Below are positions 29,602 to 39,184 of a DNA stretch of 64,000 nucleotides, one piece after another. The position numbers were made by a program, and so were the translations under genes. The stretch spans positions 222,818 to 286,817 of the forward strand of contig JAITKM010000007.1 in assembly GCA_031278395.1 (NCBI GenBank). The letters run 5' to 3'. A model generated the notes under the pieces. It was given only the letters and a program-made list of their open reading frames with translations. It searched no databases and had not been told where the DNA came from. Positions within the stretch are counted from its first letter, which is position 1. Each line of letters opens with the position of its first letter. This stretch comes from Deltaproteobacteria bacterium (GTDB lineage: Bacteria; Bdellovibrionota_C; UBA2361; SZUA-149; JAITKM01).

Positions 29602-30726
29602 ATGTTAAGCGATATTTTTATCAACATCCTAATTATTACCGCCAAAGCGCTGGTTGCAGTGCTGTGTTTTCTTTTGCCACTTGCTGCAATTAATAGTTGG
29701 TTTGAAAGAAAAGTCTCCGCGCTAATTCAAGATAGGGTTGGGGCAAATCGTTCTAATATTTTTGGGTTTGATTTAGCTGGTATAATAAACACAGTCTTGG
29801 CAGATCCGGTAAAGGCGTTTTTAAAAGAAGATTTAATTCCACAAGGCGTTAATAAAATTTTACATACTCTAGCTCCTATTTTGGCTGCCTTGCCTGTTTT
29901 TATGTGTGTAGCTGTTATTCCATTTGGACCACCGTTTGAAATTTTAGGACGAACTATTACGATGCAGGTTGCTAATCTTAATGTCGCTTTGCTTTATATT
30001 TTTGCCATGGGCGGTTTGGCAATTTATGGGGTTATTTTAGCTGGCTGGGTTTCAAATAATAAATTTTCTCTGCTAGGTTCTTTAAGGGCTGTCGCTCAAA
30101 TGATGTCATATGAAGTAACTTTAGGCTTAAGTGTAGTGGGGTTGATTTGTATTTATAAAACTTTGGATTTAAACAAAATAGTATTGTTGCAGGGTGGCAG
30201 TTTTTATGGACTACCAGCTTGGGGTATTTTTTTAAATCCAATTGCGTTTTTTGTGTTTTTTGCAGCGGCGATGGCTGAGACGCGACGGGCTCCTTTTGAT
30301 GTTGCAGAAGGGGAGTCAGAGATTGTGGCTGGCTATTTCACTGAATATTCGGGCATGAAATTTATTTTATTTTGGTTGGGTGAATTTGCGGAGATAGTTA
30401 TAGTTTCAGCTTTAATTGTGTTGTTGTTTTTTGGCGGTTGGCAAGTTCCGTATTTTGATATTACAACAATTCCATCTGATTTATGGGGAGTGTTACCAGA
30501 GTGGTTTAATGAAGTTGAGTTTAATTGGACACCGCTGGTAGCCTGGTCTGTGTTTATTGCCAAAGTTATCTTCTTTTGTGTTTTACAAATTGTAATACGT
30601 TGGACTTTACCTCGTTTTCGTTATGATCAAGTCATGGGTTTGTGCTGGAAGATTTTACTGACAGTGAGTATTTTAAATTTTCTCTTAACAGTTGGTTTAG
30701 TGTTAGGTGGGAGTTATAAAATTTAG
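29602..30726 (+). CDS. NuoH/ND1-like membrane subunit (complex I subunit H family or related hydrogenase-type membrane subunit)
   Basis: Strong resemblance to NuoH blocks (FERKVSALIQDR...; LAGWVSNNKFSLLGSLRAVAQMMSYEV; YFTEYSGMKF; LFFGGW). Stands alone between prfA and a TadE-like gene. Confidence 0.7.
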   Translation: MLSDIFINILIITAKALVAVLCFLLPLAAINSWFERKVSALIQDRVGANRSNIFGFDLAGIINTVLADPVKAFLKEDLIPQGVNKILHTLAPILAALPVFMCVAVIPFGPPFEILGRTITMQVANLNVALLYIFAMGGLAIYGVILAGWVSNNKFSLLGSLRAVAQMMSYEVTLGLSVVGLICIYKTLDLNKIVLLQGGSFYGLPAWGIFLNPIAFFVFFAAAMAETRRAPFDVAEGESEIVAGYFTEYSGMKFILFWLGEFAEIVIVSALIVLLFFGGWQVPYFDITTIPSDLWGVLPEWFNEVEFNWTPLVAWSVFIAKVIFFCVLQIVIRWTLPRFRYDQVMGLCWKILLTVSILNFLLTVGLVLGGSYKI

Positions 30727-30879
30727 GGGAGTATGATCTCACATACCCAAAACAATAAGCGTAATGCTTTGATTTTACTTATGTTTTATTTGACGGAAAT
30801 AAAATTTTAAGTAACGCTGGAAATTTTTTCAAAATAAAAGTAGTGCTTCGTTTTTTTTAATTTTCAACCCCATAACGTA

Positions 30880-31995
30880 GTGAGGATTTTTATGGATGTG
30901 AATTTTAAAGAAAAAGGAAATTATACTCTTGGTGCGATTTTTTCTATTACTGTCGGTATTGCTTTTCTGCTTGGTGTAGTTAATTTAACCAGATATGCAT
31001 ATGCCGTGAATGCTGTCGAACAAGCATCCAGAAGTGTGGCACGCTGTTTAACTCCAACTGATTCGGAATGTTTAGATTTAGATTCTATCAGCACCCAGAA
31101 AAATATTGAGGTAACTAATTCAATTCCAGAATGGTTCGGAATAAAAAAATGTCCACCCATTATTTTTTCTCCTGATCCAATTGAATGTAATCAACAACAA
31201 ACTTATTTTCAACTAGATGATGGACAAGTTATTACTAAGCCTGAAGACTGTAAAATAGATCCTACAATTTGCAATTGTCTTTGTAGCTGTTGCGGAAAAT
31301 ATAACTATTTCTTTCGCCTAAACAACAGCAGTGAGACAACCCAATTCTCCAGCGATTCAGCAGCCGAGCCAATTCCTTCGTTGTGGTCTACCAATTGCCC
31401 CGCAGAGCTTGGTGAGATTGTGGCGTTGTCAACTGATTTTGCCTTTAGTTATAACAATAACCCCAAAATTTTTATGCCGCAGAGTTTAGCTGCTGGTAAT
31501 TATTTAGATTATTTCAATACTATTAATCTTCCAGAAAATTCCAGCGTTACTAAAATAGAAACAACAGTTACTATCAATGGCGACAACAAAAATTGCAAGG
31601 AGCAAACATCAGAGGTTGTAACTTCTGTCGTTGAGCGCGTTACTTTAGGCAGATCTAAAGAACGCCCAGAAGCCTGCGCTGCTTTTGATGATTGCCAAAA
31701 CGAGAATGAAACAATGCAAGCTTTAGCGTTTAAGGATTTATCAAGTAATGAACAAGCTACCCAAATCGCCAAACAAAAAGGCTATGCTGAAATAGCCAGA
31801 GCTTTTGCTAATTATCTACCTAATTGTAATAATCAAGCCAATTGTTCACAAATTTCTATTACTCAAAATGGTTCTAACGCTTTAATTGATGTTAGTTATA
31901 ATTTACAGCTAACTTTTCCATTTGATTTGTTGCTCAAAGATTTTTTACCGGTGCGAACTAGAAAAGAAGAAGCTATGGAATTGTTTATTGAGTAG
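30880..31995 (+). CDS. Cys-rich secreted protein with TadE/TadG-like N-terminal pseudopilin segment (hypothetical)
   Basis: N-terminal pattern GNYTLGAIFSITVGIAFLLGVVNLTRYAYAVNAVEQASRSVARC resembles the TadE-like domain. About 20 Cys in the remainder. Confidence 0.4.
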   Translation: MRIFMDVNFKEKGNYTLGAIFSITVGIAFLLGVVNLTRYAYAVNAVEQASRSVARCLTPTDSECLDLDSISTQKNIEVTNSIPEWFGIKKCPPIIFSPDPIECNQQQTYFQLDDGQVITKPEDCKIDPTICNCLCSCCGKYNYFFRLNNSSETTQFSSDSAAEPIPSLWSTNCPAELGEIVALSTDFAFSYNNNPKIFMPQSLAAGNYLDYFNTINLPENSSVTKIETTVTINGDNKNCKEQTSEVVTSVVERVTLGRSKERPEACAAFDDCQNENETMQALAFKDLSSNEQATQIAKQKGYAEIARAFANYLPNCNNQANCSQISITQNGSNALIDVSYNLQLTFPFDLLLKDFLPVRTRKEEAMELFIE

Positions 31996-31999
31996 GAAT

Positions 32000-32033
32000 G
32001 TAGCACAGGCAATCCTGGCTGTGTGTATAAAAC
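32000..32033. repeat. REP-like palindrome copy 3 (GTAGCACAGGCAATCCTGGCTGTGTGTATAAAAC)
   Basis: GTAG-initiated palindrome in the convergent intergenic region. Near-identical to 58380-58412. Confidence 0.6.
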
Positions 32034-32128
32034 ATGGAGTAATATAGAATCGCGTTGTATTCATCGAAATCTGCATTCAGCTTTGAGTTTAAAATTTTCA
32101 GTTGTAAGGTTTTAAATCTGCCGCACTC

Positions 32129-32887
32129 TTACAAGTTAGGCAAGTAGAGGGTCGCATCCCAGTTGCTTGATTTTTTAAGTTTCCCATAGTCTCTAGTTGT
32201 AATCCGTTGCTCAAAGTTTTTTTCTAGTTTTTCTTTAAAGAAGTCTGTGCCGCGCACTTTTTCATTTTTGAGTTGCTCTTCATTTCTGAAGGTTCCTTTG
32301 CTGGTAAATAGTTTAGACGGGTTGTTAATGCCCTCATAAATATACTTTTTGTCGTGATACTGCACAATCCAAGTTGGAGAAATACTAACTTGAAAAGCGC
32401 TGCGCAGCTTTTCAAAGTCAATATTTCCATACTCTGTAAAACCTAATTCTTTTAATAATTTTTCTTGCGGGATAAGTTCTTCTAAAATATCAAAATCTAC
32501 TTTTTGTAAAGATGATTTAGTTATTAAGTCCTCTTGTCGTTTTTGCTTATGCTCAGCTTTGGATTTAGCTAAACCTAACACAATAACTTGCCCGAGCTGA
32601 GCATTATATATTTTTTTTAATCTTGATAATTCCTTGGCAACAACTGAAAAATGTTCATCTGGCAGAGCATTAACTATAACACTGACAGTCGGCTGCTTAA
32701 CATAGCTTTGGAGTAGTAAGGCTGGATCTAGTTCTGTCGTCGCAGTTGGAAGGCTTGTCTGACTACCTTCACCTATATCTGAAATATCAATGACATTTGT
32801 ATTTTTTATATTTTGTTTTTCAGATTTTTTCTGAGCTTGAATTTCCAAAGCTGTCAAAGGAGAGTCAGTAGCAAAAAGACTATCCAC
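32129..32887 (-). CDS. Hypothetical protein
   Basis: Long open frame co-oriented with 32917-33402. No clear motifs. Confidence 0.4.
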   Translation of the reverse strand: MDSLFATDSPLTALEIQAQKKSEKQNIKNTNVIDISDIGEGSQTSLPTATTELDPALLLQSYVKQPTVSVIVNALPDEHFSVVAKELSRLKKIYNAQLGQVIVLGLAKSKAEHKQKRQEDLITKSSLQKVDFDILEELIPQEKLLKELGFTEYGNIDFEKLRSAFQVSISPTWIVQYHDKKYIYEGINNPSKLFTSKGTFRNEEQLKNEKVRGTDFFKEKLEKNFEQRITTRDYGKLKKSSNWDATLYLPNL

Positions 32888-32916
32888 AAAATTATTTATT
32901 TCAGCAGTTTTTTGAT

Positions 32917-33402
32917 TTACTTGCTGTTGGAGATGGGGTTGACTGTGGTGGTCAAGATTGCTTTGGGATTTTTTTTTTGAGTCGAGTCTTTATCTAAGAC
33001 GTCCATAGAAATTATAGACGGATGAGAAGAAAGGTTAGTTTGGGCATTATTAATGTTAGTCTTATTAAGTTCATCCGTTGTTTTAGTAGGATTACTACTA
33101 ACTGAGAGAGGTTCAGTATAATTATTACCCATATTTGCTTTTGTGCTTTCAGCAATAACTTTGTTGCGCACCTCGTTTAAATGCCGTTCTATTTCCTTAC
33201 GAGAAACATCTGCATCTGGCGCAAGTTTTTTAAGCGTTTTAAAATCATGATTCTTTTTTTTCTCTTCAAAACCAAAAGACAATTCCTCAGCTTGAGCCAA
33301 ATTGGTTATACCCAAAGCTATAATAAAAAACATTGTTTTTAATAAAAACTCTTGCATATTACTTATTATCCATCCAGAAATATTTTTCTTTTGTTTTGTC
33401 AT
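32917..33402 (-). CDS. Secreted hypothetical protein
   Basis: Internal Met followed by a signal peptide (MFFIIALGITNLAQA). Low-complexity N/T-rich tail. Confidence 0.4.
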   Translation of the reverse strand: MTKQKKNISGWIISNMQEFLLKTMFFIIALGITNLAQAEELSFGFEEKKKNHDFKTLKKLAPDADVSRKEIERHLNEVRNKVIAESTKANMGNNYTEPLSVSSNPTKTTDELNKTNINNAQTNLSSHPSIISMDVLDKDSTQKKNPKAILTTTVNPISNSK

Positions 33403-33875
33403 AATGTGTTTTTACAATTGGGCTGTATCATTGCCGTTGTCCCTTTGGGAGCTAAATATTTGCCAGCGCGAACAATAGATTCCACGGGAAAGTGCAAGCT
33501 GTTCTTCTATTCCACATTGCAATTCTGATAGAAGCAAACTGCGCGGGGTTTACCATATCCGGATTAAATACGCTATTTTATTCTTATCCTTTTTTATCTA
33601 GTATCGGAGTATACATTTAATAGAGAAAATATCGTTTGGGGTTAACAATATGGATACCTCCGTTCAATAATACTTTTGAGAATTGGTTCATATAAAATCT
33701 TAAATAGAAAATACACAGAGTTACAGACTAACCTAAAGCAGTTATTAATAATTATGCTACTCTTAAAAAATAACAGTTGCTTTTATTGGGCTAATTAATT
33801 ATTTTGCGCGACAGTTCAGGGGGATGATATTTAAATCATCCCCGCCCTGAAAAAGAATAATTACAGACTATTGCT

Positions 33876-35186
33876 ATGAAAAAACTACTTATCTACACAC
33901 ATGATCTAGTCTGTAATGGTAGTAACAAACATTTGATTCGGATTTTGCCGCACCTACTTAAGGTATATGAAGTTATTTTGGTGATAAATCTAGAAGCTGA
34001 ATCAGAAAAATTAATTAAGCATTTACCAAAACAAGCTAAGAATTTTAAAATTTTATTTTTAGAAAATACATCCTTTATTTCACCACTCAAACAGCTTGTT
34101 AAAATTATTAAGCAATACCAGCCAGTTTACGTATTATCCCTGCGCAATGAGGCTAATTTTGTAGCGCTTCTGAGTAAGCGGCTGATAATTGGTTTAACTA
34201 AGAGTGGGTTAGCTACCTGTCCTAAGTATGTTTGTTTGGTGCAACAGCATTTTTCTAAACAATTCAAGTATGCCCGCACGGTTAAGGAACGGTTATTTTT
34301 AAAAACTTTGCTTAGATTATATAAATCTGCCGATTTAATTGTTTCAGCTAGTGAGGGGTTAGCTATAGATTTAAATAATTTAATCCCGAGGTTAATTAAT
34401 AAAATTAAACCGGTTTACAACGCAGGTTTTGACGGCGATTACGCTAAATTAGAGGTCGCTAGCGTAGGTGATAGGTGGTTCAATGAAAAATCAAAACAGC
34501 TTGTTGGAAATTCTAAAAGGTCCAAAAAAATAAACTCAGGAAAGAAATTTGTTTTACCAGAGTTTAATTTTCAACCAGCCGCTCCAGTGCCGATTATTAT
34601 TAGTTGCTGTAATTTAAAAGAGCATAAGAATTTAGAACTTTTGATTCAGGCTTTTTCTATTGTAGTGAAGAAGCAACCCGCCAGATTAGTTTTATTAGGA
34701 ATTCCTGCTATCCCACTTTTAACAAGCGTCGTCGAGCAGAAGGATTTGTCTGCCGCTAAAATTTCAAAACTAGAGCTAGAATATATTGTCAAGCTTTCTG
34801 GCTTAATTAGCCAGTTAAAACTTGAACAAAGTGTCAAAGTTTTACCATTTCAGAATAATCCGTATAAATTTTTTTCCAAATCGGATATTTTTGTTTTGCC
34901 TTCGCTGTATGAAGGGTTTGCTACAGTGCTAGTCGAGGCAATGAGCGCTAAGTGTCCAGTTATTGCGTGTAATTGTCAGTCCAGCCCCAATGAAATTATT
35001 GAGGACAATAAAAGTGGTTTTTTAATTGCAGTCAACAACGTTAATGAGTTAGCCCAAAATATTTTGCTGCTTTTAACTCGTCCTGAATTACAGCAAAAAT
35101 TTCGTGAAGAGGGGTTTTTAAGATCTCAAAAATTTTCAGCGGAAAACAGTGTTGCCGGGTTAATTAAATTGTTGGATAAGCTGTAA
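33876..35186 (+). CDS. Glycosyltransferase family 1
   Basis: C-terminal GT1 motif (EGFATVLVEAMSAKCPVIACN...SPNEII). Confidence 0.7.
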   Translation: MKKLLIYTHDLVCNGSNKHLIRILPHLLKVYEVILVINLEAESEKLIKHLPKQAKNFKILFLENTSFISPLKQLVKIIKQYQPVYVLSLRNEANFVALLSKRLIIGLTKSGLATCPKYVCLVQQHFSKQFKYARTVKERLFLKTLLRLYKSADLIVSASEGLAIDLNNLIPRLINKIKPVYNAGFDGDYAKLEVASVGDRWFNEKSKQLVGNSKRSKKINSGKKFVLPEFNFQPAAPVPIIISCCNLKEHKNLELLIQAFSIVVKKQPARLVLLGIPAIPLLTSVVEQKDLSAAKISKLELEYIVKLSGLISQLKLEQSVKVLPFQNNPYKFFSKSDIFVLPSLYEGFATVLVEAMSAKCPVIACNCQSSPNEIIEDNKSGFLIAVNNVNELAQNILLLLTRPELQQKFREEGFLRSQKFSAENSVAGLIKLLDKL

Positions 35187-35369
35187 AGAATGACCGCATT
35201 TGGTGTGGCTAATAACTTGGCTGTCGTTCCATCTATTAACTATTTTGGTTTAGTTAAAATAAAAATTTCAATTGTTATGTTTTTTAACTCTTCGGGCTGG
35301 ACAGCTGAAAACCTGGTATTATCAAATTTGACTAAAAAATTATTTTTCTATATAGCCCTACTCGCAAAG

Positions 35370-35444
35370 GCGAGAGTAATTCAGTGGCAGAATGCAAGCT
35401 TCCCAAGCTTGACGTCGCGGGTTCAATCCCCGTCTCTCGCTCCA
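35370..35444 (+). tRNA. tRNA-Gly (anticodon CCC)
   Basis: Hand-folded cloverleaf. Acceptor stem GCGAGAG/CTCTCGC. D-stem ATTC/GAAT. Anticodon stem CAAGC/GCTTG with loop TTCCCAA. T-arm GCGGG-TTCAATC-CCCGT. Encoded CCA. Confidence 0.8.
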
Positions 35445-35446
35445 AT

Positions 35447-36856
35447 TCACGACAAGCCATATTCCTTAATTTTATACAATAAGGCACGATGGCTGATTTC
35501 TAAAAGTTTTGCCGCTTGGGTCCGATTGCCTTTTGTTTGTTCTAAGGCTTTGAGAATCAACGCTTTTTCTATATCTGTAGTATGTTGCTTAATTGATAGA
35601 TTCTTGGAGTTTTCAACTATGATTTGCTGAGTTAGAGGTATATATTGAGAATTTTGTTGAGTTAAAATTTTATTCGATAAATCTTTAACCGTAATAATAT
35701 TACCTGTTTTTAAAATCATCGCCTGCTCAAGACAGTTTTCCAACTCTCTAATATTACCTTGCCAATTGTAATTAATGAGGGCTTGTCGCGCCGTAGCTTC
35801 AAGAGTAGGTCGGGCAATCTTAAACTTGATAGCCTGTTTTTCCAAAAAATAATCGAGCAAAAGATTAATATCCCCCCGGCGTTCGCGTAGCGCTGGAACT
35901 TTAATGTTAATCACATTCAGACGATACAATAAGTCTTCTCGAAAATTTCCCTTTTGAACTTCCTCTTCTAAATCTTTTAAAGTAGCAGTAATAATTCGCA
36001 CGTCAATCGGAATTTGCTCTGAACTGCCAATTGGAGTAATAACTCGTTCTTGTAAGACTCTCAGCAGTTTTACCTGCAAGAGAAAAGGCAAATCGCCAAT
36101 TTCGTCAAGAAAGATTGTGCCATTATTGGCTTCTTCAAATAAACCTTTTTTGTCTGACTTAGCATCAGTAAAAGAACCTTTTTTATACCCAAATAATTCA
36201 CTTTCTAACAGCGTTTCAGGAATAGCGCCGCAATTGATCGCAATAAATTTATGGTCTTTACGAGACGAATTTTGATGAATAGCTTTGGCAATTAATTCTT
36301 TACCAGTTCCAGACTCACCAGTAATTAAAACTGTCGTATTAAAATTAGAAATTTTAGTAATCACCTCAAAAATTTCTAATATTTTCGGGTCTTGAGAAAT
36401 AATTTCCGAAAAATTAGATTTTGGCTGTTGCTGAACCTGTGGATTAGTATCTTTAAAATTTAAATGGCGCCTATTTTTCTTTAAAATAAAAAGTAATTCT
36501 TCTGGGCTAAAGGGTTTAGTTATAAAATCAACTGCCCCTAGACGAATAGCTTCTAAAGCTAAATCTGAAATGCCACTTGCGGACATCGCAATAATTGCCC
36601 CTTTAAATTCTGATTTTTGAAGATATCTTAAAAAGGTTAGCCCATCGATTTGAGGCATCTTTAAGTCAATTAAGAGAAGGTCAAAGTCGTTCTTGTCTTT
36701 GAGAGTTTGTAAAGCAGTGCAAGAATCTGAAGAAGTTGTTATCTCAAATTGAAACGCACTATCAGCTTTAGTGTTTTCGTGATTTAAAATGGCTCTTAGC
36801 GATTGAGTAATTGTTTCTTCATCATCTAAGATAAAAATTTTTTGTATTATTTTCAT
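35447..36856 (-). CDS. Sigma-54-dependent response regulator (NtrC/FlrC/FlgR family enhancer-binding protein)
   Basis: REC domain. AAA+ sigma-54 interaction domain (GESGTGKELIAKAIH, GAFTGA-like GSFTDA, ESELFGY). C-terminal Fis-type HTH. The ORF-track start at 36883 is a TTG within the leader motif, so the ATG at 36856 is preferred. Confidence 0.9.
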   Translation of the reverse strand: MKIIQKIFILDDEETITQSLRAILNHENTKADSAFQFEITTSSDSCTALQTLKDKNDFDLLLIDLKMPQIDGLTFLRYLQKSEFKGAIIAMSASGISDLALEAIRLGAVDFITKPFSPEELLFILKKNRRHLNFKDTNPQVQQQPKSNFSEIISQDPKILEIFEVITKISNFNTTVLITGESGTGKELIAKAIHQNSSRKDHKFIAINCGAIPETLLESELFGYKKGSFTDAKSDKKGLFEEANNGTIFLDEIGDLPFLLQVKLLRVLQERVITPIGSSEQIPIDVRIITATLKDLEEEVQKGNFREDLLYRLNVINIKVPALRERRGDINLLLDYFLEKQAIKFKIARPTLEATARQALINYNWQGNIRELENCLEQAMILKTGNIITVKDLSNKILTQQNSQYIPLTQQIIVENSKNLSIKQHTTDIEKALILKALEQTKGNRTQAAKLLEISHRALLYKIKEYGLS

Positions 36857-36894
36857 AATGCTTAGGGGTCTCCAATAATTCAAGGAACCTTCAG

Positions 36895-37560
36895 TTACAC
36901 AATCAACTCAATTAATCTAAACATATAAACTATTGCAGCTAAGGCTAACCAAGGTCCAAATGAAATTTCAGTTTTACGGTTTTGCTTAGTAGCAAACATA
37001 AAAATTATTCCAAAAATCGAACCGAAAATCGAGCTTAAAAAGAAAATAGCAAGTGTTGCTTGCCAGCCAAACCAAGTCCCGAAAAGTCCTAACAGTTTGA
37101 TGTCTCCCATACCAAAACCTATTTTTTTGGTTATTAAAAAGTAGAGATAAACAAAAATAAACGGTATTCCCAAGCCAATCGCTAAGCCTAGCAGTGAATC
37201 ATAAATACTTTGGGTTAGAGGTGGATCTAATTTGTAGCAGTAAGATGAAATAAGACCTAAAATAAGACCAATAATTATACCGGGAAAATTAATTTTATCG
37301 GGAATGATTTTAAACTCTAGGTCAATAAAGGTAATCGCAATTAAGGTAGCGCTCATGACAAAAATTAAAATAGCGGTAATTATTGACTCAAAAGTGTAAT
37401 AACTAAGGGCAGCAGTGGAAATGCTCAGCACTTCAATAAGCCAAGGCTGAAGCTTAGACAGATTTTTTTCTCTGGGCAGATGCCGAATATAAAGATTAAT
37501 TAAATGTCCAATAATTAAACCGAGGATTATGATTAAAAACGCAATTAAATAAATATCCAT
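36895..37560 (-). CDS. A24-family prepilin (leader) peptidase, TadV/CpaA-like
   Basis: Multi-TM protein with the two catalytic-Asp regions (IPDKINFPG; GMGDIKLLGLFGTWFGW). Confidence 0.75.
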   Translation of the reverse strand: MDIYLIAFLIIILGLIIGHLINLYIRHLPREKNLSKLQPWLIEVLSISTAALSYYTFESIITAILIFVMSATLIAITFIDLEFKIIPDKINFPGIIIGLILGLISSYCYKLDPPLTQSIYDSLLGLAIGLGIPFIFVYLYFLITKKIGFGMGDIKLLGLFGTWFGWQATLAIFFLSSIFGSIFGIIFMFATKQNRKTEISFGPWLALAAIVYMFRLIELIV

Positions 37561-37606
37561 TTGATAAAAGTTAAATTCTTGTGTAAGTCAGTGTTACTAC
37601 GAATCT

Positions 37607-37629
37607 AGGTCTGCAAATTTTGCAGACCT
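37607..37629. promoter_or_regulatory. Perfect 23-bp palindrome AGGTCTGCAAATTTTGCAGACCT in the divergent promoter region
   Basis: Read directly from the sequence. Lies between the prepilin peptidase start (37560, -) and the unknown operon start (37675, +). Candidate operator for a dimeric regulator. Confidence 0.4.
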
Positions 37630-37674
37630 CCCTATATAGATATTTGTTGTTTAAAGCTAGAGATAAATTTAGTT

Positions 37675-38148
37675 ATGGTCAAAATAAAGAAATTACAATC
37701 CACCAAGATTACCAGTATTCCAGGTGGGAAAGACCCCCTTTTATTAATTGAAGAATTTTTAACTCAACGGGGTTATCAACCTAAGTCTTGTTTGCAATTT
37801 AAAAGCAACGAAGTTGTAACTTGGTCAGTTCCAATTAATGAAGAAGATGAGCTTGAGATTACTTTGGAAAAATTAAACCAGCACACTCAAACAACAATTT
37901 ATTTTGGGATTAATATTTTTGCAGTTCCATTGAAATATACTGAAGCTTTTTTAGCTTCAGCTTTAATTGTGGCTGATAGTTTGATTGGGACAAAAATTAG
38001 TTTGATTGATTACGATCTTGTGCTGAGCGTTACACATTATGTTTATAACATGACTATCGAAGATTTAAATTATTTCTTTGAGTTACTCCTGAGCCAACAA
38101 GAACCTATAAAAAGCGCAATCCTTGAAGGCATGAAGTTAGATTTTTAG
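37675..38148 (+). CDS. Hypothetical cytoplasmic protein (possibly YbjN/secretion-chaperone-like fold)
   Basis: ~157 aa, no TM segments, two-lobed hydrophobic pattern. First gene of a tightly spaced 4-gene operon. Confidence 0.35.
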   Translation: MVKIKKLQSTKITSIPGGKDPLLLIEEFLTQRGYQPKSCLQFKSNEVVTWSVPINEEDELEITLEKLNQHTQTTIYFGINIFAVPLKYTEAFLASALIVADSLIGTKISLIDYDLVLSVTHYVYNMTIEDLNYFFELLLSQQEPIKSAILEGMKLDF

Positions 38149-38176
38149 GTCACCTGAAATACTAGAGATACCCCAT

Positions 38177-39175
38177 ATGTCGCAACTTAAAAATAAAATT
38201 ATAGTTTTTTTTACTTTCATTGGAGGTTTATATTTTTTTCTTGAATATATTCTACCTGAAAAATGGCAACTCATTGGTTATGAAATAGAGTTTGGCAAAT
38301 ATCATGATCAAATCACTCAAGGCGTCATTATTTTAAGCTTAATGACTATTGGTTTAGGAATTATTAATATCTTTATGACGCACGGGGCAATAATTCTAAA
38401 AAGTAGACCACATTGGATAAATTCTTTGGTTTTATTACTGAGTTTTCTGATAACTGCATTTTATTTAACCTCTGATTTTATCGCTCAAGAAAAAAAAAAT
38501 TATACTATAGCTAGGTTTGAAAATTTAGAACTTTTTGTGAAAACTGTAGTTGAAGATTACGAAACTAAACAAAGCGCGCCTTTGCCTAGACTACAAGCTT
38601 TAATTATCAGCCTCGAAAAAGAGCGATCTCCAGAATTAAATGCTGCTATTAATTCTAGCATTTCAGAGACTAAAATTTTAATGCGAGAACTAGAAGTTAA
38701 CAACGCAGTTAAGAATAATCTACATTCACAAAAAGAAATTTTAATTGTGGCGCTTCAAGGGTTAACTAAACAAGTGGCTCGGCTTGCTCAAATAAATTAC
38801 GAAAAAGACAAGGCACAACTTGTTTCAAGCTTTATTAAAAATAGTCTTTTTATTCCGCTGGGTTCGGCAATGTTTTCGTTGTTAGCTTTTTATGTAGTAA
38901 CTGCCGCTTACCGTTCATTTAGAATTAAATCCTGGGAGGCGTTGGCAATTATGATACCAGCCCTGTTAATTATGTTGGGACAAATTCCACATGGACCAGC
39001 CTATATATATAGCGGACTTCCAGATATTAGAACTTGGTTGTTAAAAAACTTAAGTTCGCCAGCTTTTCGAGCAATATTTTTTGGTTCGGCTATTGCAGGT
39101 CTAGCTATGGCAGTGCGTATGTGGCTTTCCTTAGAAAAAAGTCCTGTGCAGGATGATGAGCAAGATAGGGGATAG
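38177..39175 (+). CDS. Integral membrane protein (hypothetical), operon gene 2
   Basis: ~3 N-terminal and ~3 C-terminal TM helices flanking a ~150-aa soluble coiled-coil region. Preceded by the conserved leader motif, which overlaps the upstream stop. Confidence 0.5.
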   Translation: MSQLKNKIIVFFTFIGGLYFFLEYILPEKWQLIGYEIEFGKYHDQITQGVIILSLMTIGLGIINIFMTHGAIILKSRPHWINSLVLLLSFLITAFYLTSDFIAQEKKNYTIARFENLELFVKTVVEDYETKQSAPLPRLQALIISLEKERSPELNAAINSSISETKILMRELEVNNAVKNNLHSQKEILIVALQGLTKQVARLAQINYEKDKAQLVSSFIKNSLFIPLGSAMFSLLAFYVVTAAYRSFRIKSWEALAIMIPALLIMLGQIPHGPAYIYSGLPDIRTWLLKNLSSPAFRAIFFGSAIAGLAMAVRMWLSLEKSPVQDDEQDRG

Positions 39176-39184
39176 TGTTAATTT

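Noticed and set aside
33420-33560. Possible SRP (4.5S) RNA, tmRNA or RNase P RNA
   Set aside because: A short GTTTACCA resemblance to 4.5S RNA was noticed, but the essential GGAAGCAGCC/AGGUCCGG elements, the tmRNA tag-reading frame/T-arm, and the RNase P GNAANNUC/AGGGUGAAA elements are absent on both strands.
35190-35630. 146-aa ORF
   Set aside because: It overlaps the well-folded tRNA-Gly(CCC) and the 3' end of the sigma-54 activator gene. There are no motifs or plausible start context.
37607-37629. Possible sigma-54 promoter within the AGGTCTGCAAATTTTGCAGACCT palindrome
   Set aside because: The GG-to-GC spacing is 12 nt rather than 10, so it does not fit the -24/-12 geometry. Retained only as a palindromic operator candidate.
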